Under the pieces are notes generated by a model that saw only the letters and a list, made by a program, of their open reading frames with translations, was not told the DNA's origin and ran no database searches. 64,000 nucleotides of DNA from Micavibrio sp. (lineage in GTDB: Bacteria; Patescibacteriota; Minisyncoccia; Moranbacterales; GCA-2747515): NCBI GenBank assembly GCA_020718085.1, contig DYDB01000001.1:117902-181901 (forward strand). Reading direction: 5' to 3'. Position 1 is the stretch's first letter. Each line of letters opens with the position of its first letter. Below, piece by piece: positions 19,604 to 30,045 of the stretch. The position numbers and the translations under genes are program-made.

Positions 19604-21493
19604 ATGGACAAGCTCATAGAGCTCATTCTTGGTTTGCGTCAGGACGTTGCCAGCTTGCGATCTGATGTGCATACCTTGTCGGAGAAAGTGGATCATCTAT
19701 CCGCTCAACCGCAGGTGCAAAATGTGCAAACTGCACAATCTGTACAAGCACAGAATGTACAAAATACGCAACATGCAGGCTATGGACGAGAATTGTCGGC
19801 ATCAGAAAAAGCATATCTTGATCGGTTGCATGGTGTATCGCAACAAGGAGAAAGAACAATAGAAACTGAAAAGACCAATTTTGAAAACACAGATGTGCCA
19901 CAAGCACCTACAGCAATGACACAAACTCCGGCAATGCAATATGTTGCACCTTCCGGACCGAATGTTGTTGAACGATTTTTCATGTGGCTTCAAAAAGATT
20001 GGCCGATGAAAGTGGGTGGCTTCTTTGTCATTGCTGCTGTCGGATGGTTCGTGACATATGCTGCAAAAGTGGGATGGTTATCTGAAACGGCGCGAGTGGT
20101 TCTGGGTTACGGATTTGCGGTTGTGTGTATCACATTTGGTACACTGCGTGCAGAGAAAGAACGAGCACAAGGAAATGTGTTTTTGGTGATCGGTAGCGGT
20201 GCAATGCTTATCTCCACACTTGCCGGTATTTATTTTGATTTGATCGTGCACGGTGTGGGGCTTTTTGTGATGTTATTATCCGTCGGTTTTGTCACATTGG
20301 TTTCTCTAAAGCAAAAAAGTGCCGCACTTACATCATCGATGATCTTTTTTGGTGCGATCATTCCGCTGTTCTTTTTTTCCGGCGTGAGCATCAATACGAT
20401 CTTCGTATATCTTTTTATTTTGACGCTTGGCACACTGTGGATCGTGTCATTTATGCAGTGGCGTGGACTGACATTTCTCATGTTATGCGTCGTAGCATTT
20501 TATTCATTCGGATATATGATCGATGCCTATGATTCGATGGATATCGAAAGCGTGCGCAATATTATCATCGCTTTCCTTTTTACCGCAACATTTTATATCG
20601 CAAATGTGTCAGCTGTGATCAAATCACAAAAACCGCATGTATATGATCTGATGACCGCAATTGGTTTGGGATTTCTTTTCTTGGTGTGGATGTTGAGTTT
20701 TTCACCTGAAGCAGTGGAGGTTTTCTTACTTCTCATTGGTACGTTATTTTTTGCAATCGCTTCTTATATGGTCTTTGTACGTACAGAGCATAGGGCGCCG
20801 ACAGTAATCTATGGTGGTGTGGGTGCGATGCTTTTTGCTGTAGCAACAGCATTGCAATTTGACGGTCCGGTATTGGTCACTGCATACGCTACTGAAGCAG
20901 CTGCAGTCATTATCGTTGTATTATATTTTGTAAGACAAAATATCTCCAATGGAACGCGCACATTCCTTACATTACTTTATGGTGTGCCGGTGATCATGTC
21001 CTTGTATTATGTTGCGACAATTTTCGACTATCTGTTGTATCCGGATCATGACATTATGAGCCAGATGCCCGCACTCTTTGCCGTTTTTGTGATCTGTGTA
21101 ACAGCTTTTGGTGTGGCGGTGGGTATTTTGCGTCTTACAGGGGCACAAAATGGTGAAAATATGACATTTTTCCGCATATTTGCCTACTTGGGAGGTTTCT
21201 ATGCATTACTACTTGTATGGTTTGTGACGCACATTTTTATGCGTGATTATGATGTAGCGACGTTCATATCACTTGTGATCTATACGGTGGTTGGTGTAGC
21301 ATTTTATATCTTGGGCATACGTGAAAACTATAAACCATACATGACTGTGGGGGGCATGTTGTTTGGGCTTGTTGTCGCTCGCGTGCTTTTTGTGGAATTT
21401 TGGGAAATGGACATTGTCATGCGCATTATCACATCATTTGTGTTGGGTGCACTTCTGATCTCTACAGCGTTCATTCGTAAAAGTAAGAAATAA
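19604..21493 (+). CDS. DUF2339-like polytopic membrane protein with Gln-rich coiled-coil N-terminus
   Basis: 629 aa; N-terminal amphipathic/Q-rich segment then more than 12 hydrophobic helices. Confidence 0.55.
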   Translation: MDKLIELILGLRQDVASLRSDVHTLSEKVDHLSAQPQVQNVQTAQSVQAQNVQNTQHAGYGRELSASEKAYLDRLHGVSQQGERTIETEKTNFENTDVPQAPTAMTQTPAMQYVAPSGPNVVERFFMWLQKDWPMKVGGFFVIAAVGWFVTYAAKVGWLSETARVVLGYGFAVVCITFGTLRAEKERAQGNVFLVIGSGAMLISTLAGIYFDLIVHGVGLFVMLLSVGFVTLVSLKQKSAALTSSMIFFGAIIPLFFFSGVSINTIFVYLFILTLGTLWIVSFMQWRGLTFLMLCVVAFYSFGYMIDAYDSMDIESVRNIIIAFLFTATFYIANVSAVIKSQKPHVYDLMTAIGLGFLFLVWMLSFSPEAVEVFLLLIGTLFFAIASYMVFVRTEHRAPTVIYGGVGAMLFAVATALQFDGPVLVTAYATEAAAVIIVVLYFVRQNISNGTRTFLTLLYGVPVIMSLYYVATIFDYLLYPDHDIMSQMPALFAVFVICVTAFGVAVGILRLTGAQNGENMTFFRIFAYLGGFYALLLVWFVTHIFMRDYDVATFISLVIYTVVGVAFYILGIRENYKPYMTVGGMLFGLVVARVLFVEFWEMDIVMRIITSFVLGALLISTAFIRKSKK

Positions 21494-21498
21494 TTTTT

Positions 21499-22728
21499 AT
21501 GAAAAAATACATAGTTGGTGCAGCGTTGATGATGAGCAGTGTTTGTGTGGGAACATATACATATGCACAGTCATCCGTACAAGCTACAGCTGAACAGAAA
21601 AGCGCATTTATGTCACAGGCACACGTTGTGCCAAATGATGTTGTTGTGCCAAAGATGATCGATGTGCCATTGGCTTTCAACGAAAATAGTCAACTCACAA
21701 CTCTTGTGGTAGATGAGGCAGGAAATGTTACACCGTCTACAGTGATCACTCATACGCAACAGCAAGCTTTACATCTCACTGCAAAAGATTCCTTTGGCAA
21801 TCAGAATTCCACAAGGATGGTGGATGGTTCGCATGACACATTTACAGAATTTCCTTTTGTGGAGGGGCAGGTAGTAGATGAGAGCATTGTATCAATAACA
21901 GATCAAAATGATCACGAAACATTTGTAGGGGAGCGGGCAACCGTTTCTAATCCTGAAAATATTGTACAGATTGATGTAACTGCAGACAGGGCTTTTACAA
22001 CAGATCAAGTGTCCTTATATTTTGATGCGCATGTTACACAGCCGACACATGTGCGGATTGCCTCTGTAGATGCGGATGGTAAAGAGCATCTCTTGCTTCC
22101 GGAAAAGTTTTTTACACAAGCAAGCGTCAGTTTTCCCAAAGAAACAGCAGATCATTTTCGTATCACACTGAAATACGTGAAGCCATTGCGTATCAATGAG
22201 ATCAAGTTCTCCGAGCAAGGTGTACCACAAAAAGTAGATCGTCTCGTGCGATTTGTTGCGCAGCCGCAAAAAACCTATGATGTGTTTTTTAATGTGACAG
22301 AACATGTGGACATGCCTCAGCAAGAATCTCCGGATTTTCACAAGAACAGTGCCGTGATGATTGTTGCGCCGGAAAAAATGATGAATAATATGCTCTATAA
22401 GGGCGCCGATACGGACGAGGATGGCGTGATCGATCGTGAGGATAATTGTATCGGTATTGTAAATACTGATCAGATCGATAAGGACGGTAACAGCATCGGT
22501 GATGCATGTGAAGATTTTGACCATGACGGGATAATCAATGCCACAGACAATTGTCCTGATGTTGTCAATCGCATGCAGGATGATGAGGATATGGACAATG
22601 TCGGTGACGCATGTGATGGCATAGAAAGTCGATTTATGGAAAAATATCCGTGGATCCCATATGTTGCTCTGGTGGTGGTTTTTGGCGTTGTGACAACACT
22701 GATCATAAAAACACTAAAAAAGAATTGA
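21499..22728 (+). CDS. secreted calcium-binding protein with thrombospondin type-3-like repeats and C-terminal TM anchor
   Basis: Signal peptide; repeated DxDxDGxxDxxDNC units (DTDEDGVIDREDNC, DKDGNSIGDACEDFDHDGIINATDNC, DDEDMDNVGDACD); C-terminal hydrophobic helix. Confidence 0.65.
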   Translation: MKKYIVGAALMMSSVCVGTYTYAQSSVQATAEQKSAFMSQAHVVPNDVVVPKMIDVPLAFNENSQLTTLVVDEAGNVTPSTVITHTQQQALHLTAKDSFGNQNSTRMVDGSHDTFTEFPFVEGQVVDESIVSITDQNDHETFVGERATVSNPENIVQIDVTADRAFTTDQVSLYFDAHVTQPTHVRIASVDADGKEHLLLPEKFFTQASVSFPKETADHFRITLKYVKPLRINEIKFSEQGVPQKVDRLVRFVAQPQKTYDVFFNVTEHVDMPQQESPDFHKNSAVMIVAPEKMMNNMLYKGADTDEDGVIDREDNCIGIVNTDQIDKDGNSIGDACEDFDHDGIINATDNCPDVVNRMQDDEDMDNVGDACDGIESRFMEKYPWIPYVALVVVFGVVTTLIIKTLKKN

Positions 22729-22742
22729 TAAAGTGATGTGAT

Positions 22743-23084
22743 ATGAAAAAGGGAATTGTGATCGTATGTATTATTTTTTTGTTCCTGATCTGTTTTTATC
22801 TGATCTATAAAAATGCTTTTTTTGACAGTGAAGTTGATGTAGTTCAAAAGAGTGAATTGGAAACTAATGAAAGTGATGTGCGCATCGACGATCATATGAA
22901 ATGTACAAGTGATCAGGAATGTGTGCCGGCAACGTGTTGCCATCCAACAGAAGTGGTGAACAAGAACTTTTCTCCAAATTGTAGTGGAAGATTGTGCACG
23001 ATGTCATGTGAGACGATTCTTGACTGCGGACGTGGTAAACCTGTATGCAACAATGGTTTCTGTGACATAGATGTGCTACAGTGA
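22743..23084 (+). CDS. small Cys-rich secreted/membrane-anchored protein
   Basis: N-terminal TM/signal, about 12 Cys in 113 aa. Confidence 0.45.
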   Translation: MKKGIVIVCIIFLFLICFYLIYKNAFFDSEVDVVQKSELETNESDVRIDDHMKCTSDQECVPATCCHPTEVVNKNFSPNCSGRLCTMSCETILDCGRGKPVCNNGFCDIDVLQ

Positions 23085-23118
23085 TAATGTAAGTAGGGTT
23101 TTTATAGTTTGCAATGAT

Positions 23119-24063
23119 ATGAAGAGAATCTTGATCTTGGGGTCCAAAGGTATGCTTGGGCAAGAATTGTTGCGTGTTTTTCAACATGATAAGAAATATG
23201 ATGTTACGGCGTGGGATCGCGAGGACATCGATGTGACACAATTTGATGCATTATACCGCAGAGTTAGTGATATGTGGCCGGATGTGATCTTCAATGCAAT
23301 TGCGTACAACGCGGTGGATGCATGTGAAACAGATGATGATGAATATGCAAAAGCGCGTATGCTCAATAGTGATTTTCCGGGGGAATTGGCACGTGCAGCA
23401 AAGGCTGTTGATGCTGTGCTCGTACACTATTCTACGGATTATGTGTTTGACGGAGAACGTCCACAATATCCAGAAGGAAAAAATCCCGGATGTTGTGGCA
23501 GTGGATGTGCCGGATGTATGTATAAAGGTCCGGACGAAACGTTACCGTATTATTCTTACCATGAGGATGATATCGCGCGACCGCTATCTCGTTATGGCCA
23601 TACAAAATTAAAAGGAGAGCAAAATGTGATGAAAAATGTCAACAGACATTATATCATTCGGTTGTCAAAATTATTTGGCAAGCCGGCAGAAAGTGTATTG
23701 GGGAAACGAAGTTTTTTTGATGTCATGCGTGAATTGGGTGAAACAAAAAAAGAAGTGCAAGCGGTAGATGGAGAGATGAGCAAATTTACCTATGCACCGG
23801 ATCTCGCAAAAACAAGCAAAGAGATCGTGGAAAATAATCTTGCACCAGGAATTTATCACGTGGCAAATGATGGTGCGGCCACATGGTATGATGGCGTGAA
23901 AGAGTTCTATAAAATTCTGGGTATCAAAACAAAAGTTGTGTCTGTGCCACCGGAGACATTTCCTCGCCCAGCCAAACGTCCGAGTTCATCTGTGCTCAAA
24001 GTGACCAAGATCAAAAACCTGCGACATTACAGTGAGGCGTTAAAAGAATACTTAGAAAAATAA
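23119..24063 (+). CDS. rfbD: dTDP-4-dehydrorhamnose reductase with Cys-rich insertion
   Basis: MKRILILGSKGMLGQEL, YSTDYVFDG, YGHTKLKGE (RmlD YxxxK); about 27 aa insertion GKNPGCCGSGCAGCMYKGPDETLPYYS. Confidence 0.8.
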   Translation: MKRILILGSKGMLGQELLRVFQHDKKYDVTAWDREDIDVTQFDALYRRVSDMWPDVIFNAIAYNAVDACETDDDEYAKARMLNSDFPGELARAAKAVDAVLVHYSTDYVFDGERPQYPEGKNPGCCGSGCAGCMYKGPDETLPYYSYHEDDIARPLSRYGHTKLKGEQNVMKNVNRHYIIRLSKLFGKPAESVLGKRSFFDVMRELGETKKEVQAVDGEMSKFTYAPDLAKTSKEIVENNLAPGIYHVANDGAATWYDGVKEFYKILGIKTKVVSVPPETFPRPAKRPSSSVLKVTKIKNLRHYSEALKEYLEK

Positions 24064-24110
24064 GGGTGAAAATTCAAAAATATTTTCAGCGTAGCTTCAT
24101 GATGTGTATG

Positions 24111-24152
24111 AAAAACTGCCTACGAAAAAATTAATTTCATAGGCAGTTTTGG
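24111..24152. terminator. bidirectional rho-independent terminator
   Basis: AAAAACTGCCTA...TAGGCAGTTTTGG hairpin with A-tract upstream and T-tract downstream, between convergent genes. Confidence 0.7.
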
Positions 24153-24177
24153 TGAGCGCTATTACGTGCTTAGTGTT

Positions 24178-24819
24178 CTATTCCGTGATGACTTTGGGTG
24201 TGCCACTTTTTAATAGTGCCTCCCAAGTCATGTCTTTTGCAATATATGCAAGTGAATCCGAAATGGAGGTGATCAACACAGTTTTCTTTCCCGAAGGTCG
24301 TTCTTCCCAGAGTTTGAGAAACAATTGATAAATCCATTCACAAACCTTCGTTGCAGTCCAATAGGGCTCCTCGATAATTCCATTGACAAGATAATTTCCT
24401 GCGACACAGATATCCTCTCCTCGACGCAATCTTATTTGGTAGAAAAATCTTCCGAAATCATCATATGATTTTTCGATCACTTGTGCCGCACAGTGACTGC
24501 TCATCAAATGAGACGGAGCCACTTTACCACTCATGTAGTTTTCGCGACAATGTGTGTCTATCGTGAATAAGAGGCTGGTATTGTTTCTGGGAACACCGGC
24601 GAGGAAATAGACTGGCTTATTTTCATCTTCCACGATCAAAAATCGCCTATCCTTCTCATGACCATTGTGTACCGCAAAAATTTCTACACCAGATCCTACT
24701 CCCAGATCATATTCACTATGACTAGGGGTTGAATCATTTCCTTTTTTAGAAAAGTACAGAGAAATTAGATCTCCCATAATGCACCTCCTCGGTTGCGTTG
24801 ATAACATTGCTTCGCGCAC
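24178..24819 (-). CDS. hypothetical protein, orphan
   Basis: 213 aa ORF on opposite strand to neighbours; no motif. Confidence 0.45.
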   Translation of the reverse strand: MREAMLSTQPRRCIMGDLISLYFSKKGNDSTPSHSEYDLGVGSGVEIFAVHNGHEKDRRFLIVEDENKPVYFLAGVPRNNTSLLFTIDTHCRENYMSGKVAPSHLMSSHCAAQVIEKSYDDFGRFFYQIRLRRGEDICVAGNYLVNGIIEEPYWTATKVCEWIYQLFLKLWEERPSGKKTVLITSISDSLAYIAKDMTWEALLKSGTPKVITE

Positions 24820-25083
24820 ATGCTATCGCTTATGGATTTTTGGATGCAAAAAGCATCATTTTGTTACGACGATCGCAACCGATTATTATACCAAAAAATA
24901 AAAGATTTGTCAATATTGTGTGCAAAATGAGTGAGGTATATGATGAGTTATTGACAATATAAAGATTTTACAGTATCTTAGATAAAGCTATTTGCGAATA
25001 GTGTTTTTTGCTTATATTGGTATGGGTTACTGTATAAGCAAAAGAGTTGCAAGAAATTCTAATCAATATAACAGTAAATTATT

Positions 25084-25497
25084 GTGCCTACAATCAATCA
25101 ACTGAAACGTCGTGCGCGTAAAAGTCAAAGCAGAAAAAATACTGCACCAGCAATGACAAATGTTTTTAACACATTGCAAAACCGACCAATTAAATCACAA
25201 AGCCCGTTCAAACGCGGTGTGTGTTTGAAAGTGTCTACAACAACACCAAAAAAGCCGAACTCCGCTTTGCGAAAGATCGCGCGTGTGAAGCTTACCAACG
25301 GTATGGAAGTTACAGCATATATTCCAGGTGTTGGACACAACTTGCAGGAGCACTCCATTGTGATGATCCGTGGTGGTCGTGTAAAAGACTTGCCGGGTGT
25401 ACGTTATCACGTAGTGCGTGGCGTTCTTGACTGTGCCGGAGTGGATGGTCGCCGTCGTGGACGTTCAAAATACGGAGCAAAGAGACCACAAGCGTAG
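25084..25497 (+). CDS. rpsL: 30S ribosomal protein S12
   Basis: [14 protein letters not shown]...KPNSALRK...VRYHVVRG; GTG start. Confidence 0.95.
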   Translation: MPTINQLKRRARKSQSRKNTAPAMTNVFNTLQNRPIKSQSPFKRGVCLKVSTTTPKKPNSALRKIARVKLTNGMEVTAYIPGVGHNLQEHSIVMIRGGRVKDLPGVRYHVVRGVLDCAGVDGRRRGRSKYGAKRPQA

Positions 25498-25536
25498 TTT
25501 CATCTTTCAATATTTAGAAATCTAATTGTAAAAATT

Positions 25537-26004
25537 ATGCCAAGACGTAAAAGAGTTTATAGAAAGTCATGGCGACCTGATTCTCAGTATAATAATATAT
25601 TGGTTGGTCGTTTTATCGGACAGATCACATTAAGTGGAAAGAGATCAACTGCAGAGCGGTTGGTGTATGATGCATTTGATGTTATTCAACAACGTACAAA
25701 AAAAGGCGGTTTGAATGTTTTTGAACAAGCGATCAAAAATGTTTCTCCTCTTGTTGCACTTAAATCACGCCGTGTGGGTGGTGCAAACTATCAAGTTCCA
25801 GTGCCAGTTGTTGGTGAGCGTCGTCAAACCCTAGCGATGCGTTGGATTCGTGAAGCATGCCGTAAAGGAAAAGGAAAAGGTTTTGCCGATAAACTTGCCA
25901 CAGAATTGATCGCAGCTGCAGAAAAAGAAGGTTTGGCAATGAAAAAACGCGAAGAAACTCATCGTATGGCAGATGCAAACAAGGCTTTTGCACACTTTGC
26001 GTAG
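25537..26004 (+). CDS. rpsG: 30S ribosomal protein S7
   Basis: MPRRKRVYRK...NVSPLVALKSRRVGGANYQVPV. Confidence 0.95.
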   Translation: MPRRKRVYRKSWRPDSQYNNILVGRFIGQITLSGKRSTAERLVYDAFDVIQQRTKKGGLNVFEQAIKNVSPLVALKSRRVGGANYQVPVPVVGERRQTLAMRWIREACRKGKGKGFADKLATELIAAAEKEGLAMKKREETHRMADANKAFAHFA

Positions 26005-26184
26005 TAAGTAACTGTCTAAATATCTCACCGCCATAAAATGGCTTGCCGATTGAAATTCTAAAATTTCGGCTGCAAAACCTTCAGATCTCATCATGTTACC
26101 TACGGGTAGCATTCTCTCGATCTTCATATTTTTCGCTCGAAATTTTAGGATTTCAACCCGACATGAGATATTAGACAGTTACTA
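26005..26184. repeat. 180 bp nested imperfect palindrome (MITE-like element or long-hairpin attenuator) immediately after rpsG stop
   Basis: Outer arms 26005-26027 and 26164-26184 (TAAGTAACTGTCTAAATATCTCA / TGAGATATTAGACAGTTACTA); inner arms 26050-26068 and 26138-26156 (18/19 complementary). Confidence 0.6.
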
Positions 26185-26240
26185 AGAGAAATATTCTTTT
26201 CTTATACCATTTTTGTCATCTAACAAAATAAAAAAAACAT

Positions 26241-27140
26241 ATGAAGAAAGTATTGCGTCGCTTTGTGGACGTGTGGAAGCTAGATTTTTTGGCGAAGTTT
26301 TTTGCTGGGGAATATCGTGACACGCGGACAACAATCGTTTTTTGGATCCTTTCTAATATTATGGTGGTTTTTATTTTTACCATGCAGATCTTTTTTGGTT
26401 TGCTAATGGTGAAGGATGACCTCGTGAATGGTATACAGAAAAATGTCAATGATGGTGCGGCAGTCGCATTTTTTGACGGACAACTGACGATCGAAAACGT
26501 GGAAGATCCATTCTTTCGAGAAGTTAAGGCGACAAATGATGACGGACAAGGTGCAAACTTTGTAGTGATCATTGATCAACGTGCAGATACATATGATCTG
26601 AATGCGCTGGATGAGTATGCAAGTGGCATGATCTTTCTACATGATCGAGCATATATGAAAGATGGCAGTGACATTACGCAAGTGCTTTATGCGGATGTGC
26701 CAAATTTTTCACTATCCAAAGAGCAATTATTGGAATATTTTGATCGTTATTATATATTTCCATTTTCGATCGGTATTACGATCGTTGCGGGTGTTTTCAT
26801 GTTATTCTTCTTCTTGTGTCTGAGAACGATCGGGGCGTTGTGGTGGGCGCTTATGCTTTATGTGATCGGCTTGGTCATGAACGTGCATATGGCATATAGC
26901 GTTGCATATAAAAGCACGCTCAATCTGTATTTTGTACCAATGATCGTTGTGACACTGGTGACGGTTGTTGCAGGAACGCAAATCCCTCTTTTGACAACGG
27001 TAATTTTCATTGCAGTTTTTGTGGCAAATCTTCTGTGGTTCAAGAAACACATGAAGAAAGAAGAGACAGTGGAAAATGAGGTAATTATACCTGCACAAGT
27101 AAATACAGAAGAAAATATCAGTACCTCAGTGAAAAAATAG
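26241..27140 (+). CDS. hypothetical membrane protein inserted between rpsG and fusA
   Basis: 299 aa; N-terminal TM, periplasmic segment, C-terminal multi-TM bundle. Confidence 0.55.
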   Translation: MKKVLRRFVDVWKLDFLAKFFAGEYRDTRTTIVFWILSNIMVVFIFTMQIFFGLLMVKDDLVNGIQKNVNDGAAVAFFDGQLTIENVEDPFFREVKATNDDGQGANFVVIIDQRADTYDLNALDEYASGMIFLHDRAYMKDGSDITQVLYADVPNFSLSKEQLLEYFDRYYIFPFSIGITIVAGVFMLFFFLCLRTIGALWWALMLYVIGLVMNVHMAYSVAYKSTLNLYFVPMIVVTLVTVVAGTQIPLLTTVIFIAVFVANLLWFKKHMKKEETVENEVIIPAQVNTEENISTSVKK

Positions 27141-27249
27141 ATCAGCATTTGTCATGGATATATACCGTGACAAAGTTCATATGATGTGTTACAGTGATGC
27201 AATAATCAATTTTTTAGATATTTATAAATAAATCAATTAATCAATCATT

Positions 27250-29343
27250 ATGAGTAGGAAGACACCCCTTGATCAGTTACGTAATATTGGCATCATTGCA
27301 CACATCGATGCAGGAAAAACAACAACAACAGAACGCGTTCTGTATTATACGGGCATTTCGCATAAGATCGGTGAGGTGCATGAAGGTGAAGCAACCATGG
27401 ACTGGATGGAACAGGAGCGTGAACGTGGTATTACCATTACGTCGGCTGCAACAACAACATTTTGGAAAGATCATCAGATCAATATTATTGATACACCGGG
27501 ACACGTTGATTTTACTGTGGAGGTTGAACGCTCTATGCGCGTGCTTGACGGTGGTGTTGTAGTTTTCGACGGAAAAGAAGGTGTGGAACCACAGTCAGAG
27601 ACAGTGTGGCGCCAAGCAGATAAATACAAGGTGCCACGCATTTGTTTCATCAATAAGATCGACAAGGAGGGTGCGGATTTTGATCGTGCACTTACATCAA
27701 TTCATGAGCGTCTGACACCTCATGCAATTGCAGCGCAATTACCGGTTGGTGAGCGTAGCGGATTTGAAGGCGTGATCGATCTGATCACAATGAAAAAAGT
27801 GACATTTGGCGGTAAAATGGGTGAAGAGGTGATCACAGAAGAATGTCCGGAGGAATTAAAGGCAAAAGCTTTGGAATGGCGTGAAAAATTGGTAGAAAAA
27901 GCAGCTGAGCAAGATGATGATCTCATGGAAAAATATTTGGGCGGAGAAGAACTTAGCGAGGCAGAGATCAAGTCAGCTATTCGCAAGGGCGTGATCGCAA
28001 CAACACTCATCCCTGTGTTCACGGGAACAGCACTTCAGAATAAAGGCGTGCAGTTGGTTTTGGATGCAGTGGTGGATTATTTACCGGCACCAAATGAGAT
28101 CCCACCTATTATCGGTAAAGATCCACGTAATGCAGATAAAGAAATAATCCGTCAAGCGACAGATGAAGAACCTTTTGCTGCACTTGCATTTAAAGTCGCA
28201 ACAGATCCTTTCGTAGGACAGCTGATCTTCTTCCGCATCTATTCCGGTTCACTCCAATCCGGATCATATGTTGTAAACACTACAAGTGGCAAGAAAGAGC
28301 GTGTAGGACGTATCTTGCGCATGCATTCCAACAATCGTGAAGAGGTGCAAGAGTTGTTTGCTGGTGAAATTGGTGCGCTTGTAGGACTCAAGGCAACAAA
28401 AACAGGAGATACATTGTGTGATCCTGACAATCAAGTAGTACTTGAATCCATTGAATTTCCAGAACCGGTGATCGCAATTGCTGTAGAACCAAAGACAAAG
28501 GCTGATCAAGAAAAAATGGGCATTGCACTCGGCAAGCTCGCAGAAGAGGATCCAACATTTCGTGTGCGCACGGATGAAGAATCTGGTCAAACGATCATTT
28601 CTGGTATGGGCGAATTGCATTTGGATATTATTGTTGATCGTATGCGTCGTGAATTTAAAGTAGAAGCTAATATTGGGCAGCCACAAGTATCATATCGTGA
28701 AACGATCACACAAACGGCAGAAGGTGAAGGAAAGTTCATCAAGCAATCTGGTGGACGCGGACAATATGGTCATTGTTGGGTACGCATTTCACCACGTGAA
28801 CAAGGTCAGGGATTTGAATTTGTGGATGAGATCAAGGGCGGTGTAATTCCACAGGAATATATCAAACCTGTTCAACAAGGTGCTGCTGAGGCGATGAACA
28901 ATGGTGTGATTGCAGGTTATCCAATGGTTGATGTTTCCGTTGCCCTTTATGATGGTAGTTACCATGATGTGGACTCCTCTGAAGCAGCCTTCAAAGTTGC
29001 GGGATCCATGGCCTTCAAAGCCGCCGTGCGCAATGCAAAGCCGATCATTCTTGAGCCGATCATGGCAGTGGTGATCCTTACGCCGGAACAGTCCATGGGT
29101 GATGTTGTGGGTGATGTGAACGCAAAGCGTGGTGTAATCAAGGAAATGAATGATCGTGGAGAAGGTATGGCGATTCTCAAAGAGATCCACGCAGAAGTTC
29201 CACTTTCCGCAATGTTTGGATATGCAACACAATTACGCTCCATGTCACAGGGACGAGCAAGTTCCACGATGGAATTTAGTCACTATGCGGAAGTGCCAAA
29301 TAATATTGCACAAGAGATCATTGGAAACAGTGAAAAGAAATAG
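27250..29343 (+). CDS. fusA: elongation factor G
   Basis: [20 protein letters not shown]...[13 protein letters not shown]...[11 protein letters not shown]. Confidence 0.97.
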   Translation: MSRKTPLDQLRNIGIIAHIDAGKTTTTERVLYYTGISHKIGEVHEGEATMDWMEQERERGITITSAATTTFWKDHQINIIDTPGHVDFTVEVERSMRVLDGGVVVFDGKEGVEPQSETVWRQADKYKVPRICFINKIDKEGADFDRALTSIHERLTPHAIAAQLPVGERSGFEGVIDLITMKKVTFGGKMGEEVITEECPEELKAKALEWREKLVEKAAEQDDDLMEKYLGGEELSEAEIKSAIRKGVIATTLIPVFTGTALQNKGVQLVLDAVVDYLPAPNEIPPIIGKDPRNADKEIIRQATDEEPFAALAFKVATDPFVGQLIFFRIYSGSLQSGSYVVNTTSGKKERVGRILRMHSNNREEVQELFAGEIGALVGLKATKTGDTLCDPDNQVVLESIEFPEPVIAIAVEPKTKADQEKMGIALGKLAEEDPTFRVRTDEESGQTIISGMGELHLDIIVDRMRREFKVEANIGQPQVSYRETITQTAEGEGKFIKQSGGRGQYGHCWVRISPREQGQGFEFVDEIKGGVIPQEYIKPVQQGAAEAMNNGVIAGYPMVDVSVALYDGSYHDVDSSEAAFKVAGSMAFKAAVRNAKPIILEPIMAVVILTPEQSMGDVVGDVNAKRGVIKEMNDRGEGMAILKEIHAEVPLSAMFGYATQLRSMSQGRASSTMEFSHYAEVPNNIAQEIIGNSEKK

Positions 29344-29369
29344 GCGATCATTTGAAACAGCTTTTTTGG

Positions 29370-29407
29370 GAACCCTGCACATCTTGTGCAGGGTTTTCTT
29401 TTTTTGG
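29370..29407 (+). terminator. rho-independent terminator after fusA
   Basis: GAACCCTGCACATCTTGTGCAGGGTTTTCTTTTTTTGG. Confidence 0.8.
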
Positions 29408-29670
29408 AATAGTCCTTGTGTACAGCTGTCGGCAAGTAGATTTAATAGTGCTCGTATAATGTCATTCTCGACTTCGATCAGGAATCTAGAAAATATTGCT
29501 ATAAATAATATTCTTCTGGATCTTCAGATTGAGTCTGTCTGCCGGTAAGGAGGGGTAACATATGATAAAAATGAGATGGTCTCTTATATTACGGAAAATC
29601 AAAAAAGCAGCGATTGCTCGCTGCTATTTGATTATTACAAGGATATTTTCATATCCTGTAAGAAGTCGTA

Positions 29671-29871
29671 TTACGCTCGGCTAACATTCACTGCGTTCTG
29701 GCCTTTTGGACCATCTGCAATTTCAAATGTTACGTCGTCACCTTCCTGTAGGTCATTGAATTCAACACCCTGCAATTCAGATGCATGAAAGAATAGATCT
29801 TTTTCTGCACCATCTTGAGAGATGAATCCAAAACCACGGTCTGTGAGACGAGCAATTTTTCCTTTGTTCAT
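29671..29871 (-). CDS. cspA: cold-shock protein CspA family
   Basis: 66 aa; GFGFI (RNP1) and FFH (RNP2) motifs. Confidence 0.92.
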   Translation of the reverse strand: MNKGKIARLTDRGFGFISQDGAEKDLFFHASELQGVEFNDLQEGDDVTFEIADGPKGQNAVNVSRA

Positions 29872-30045
29872 CGTTTGGAATAGCTTATATTTGTTACTTG
29901 TTCAAATACAGGGTTCTGTTTGATGAAACTCGACTACGATCTTCTTACAGTTCTGATTTGATTGCATCAAGCATAACAGTAAAATATAATTTTGTCAACC
30001 CTTGTGAATATGATATGATAAATGAGTAAAAAATAAACATAAAAA

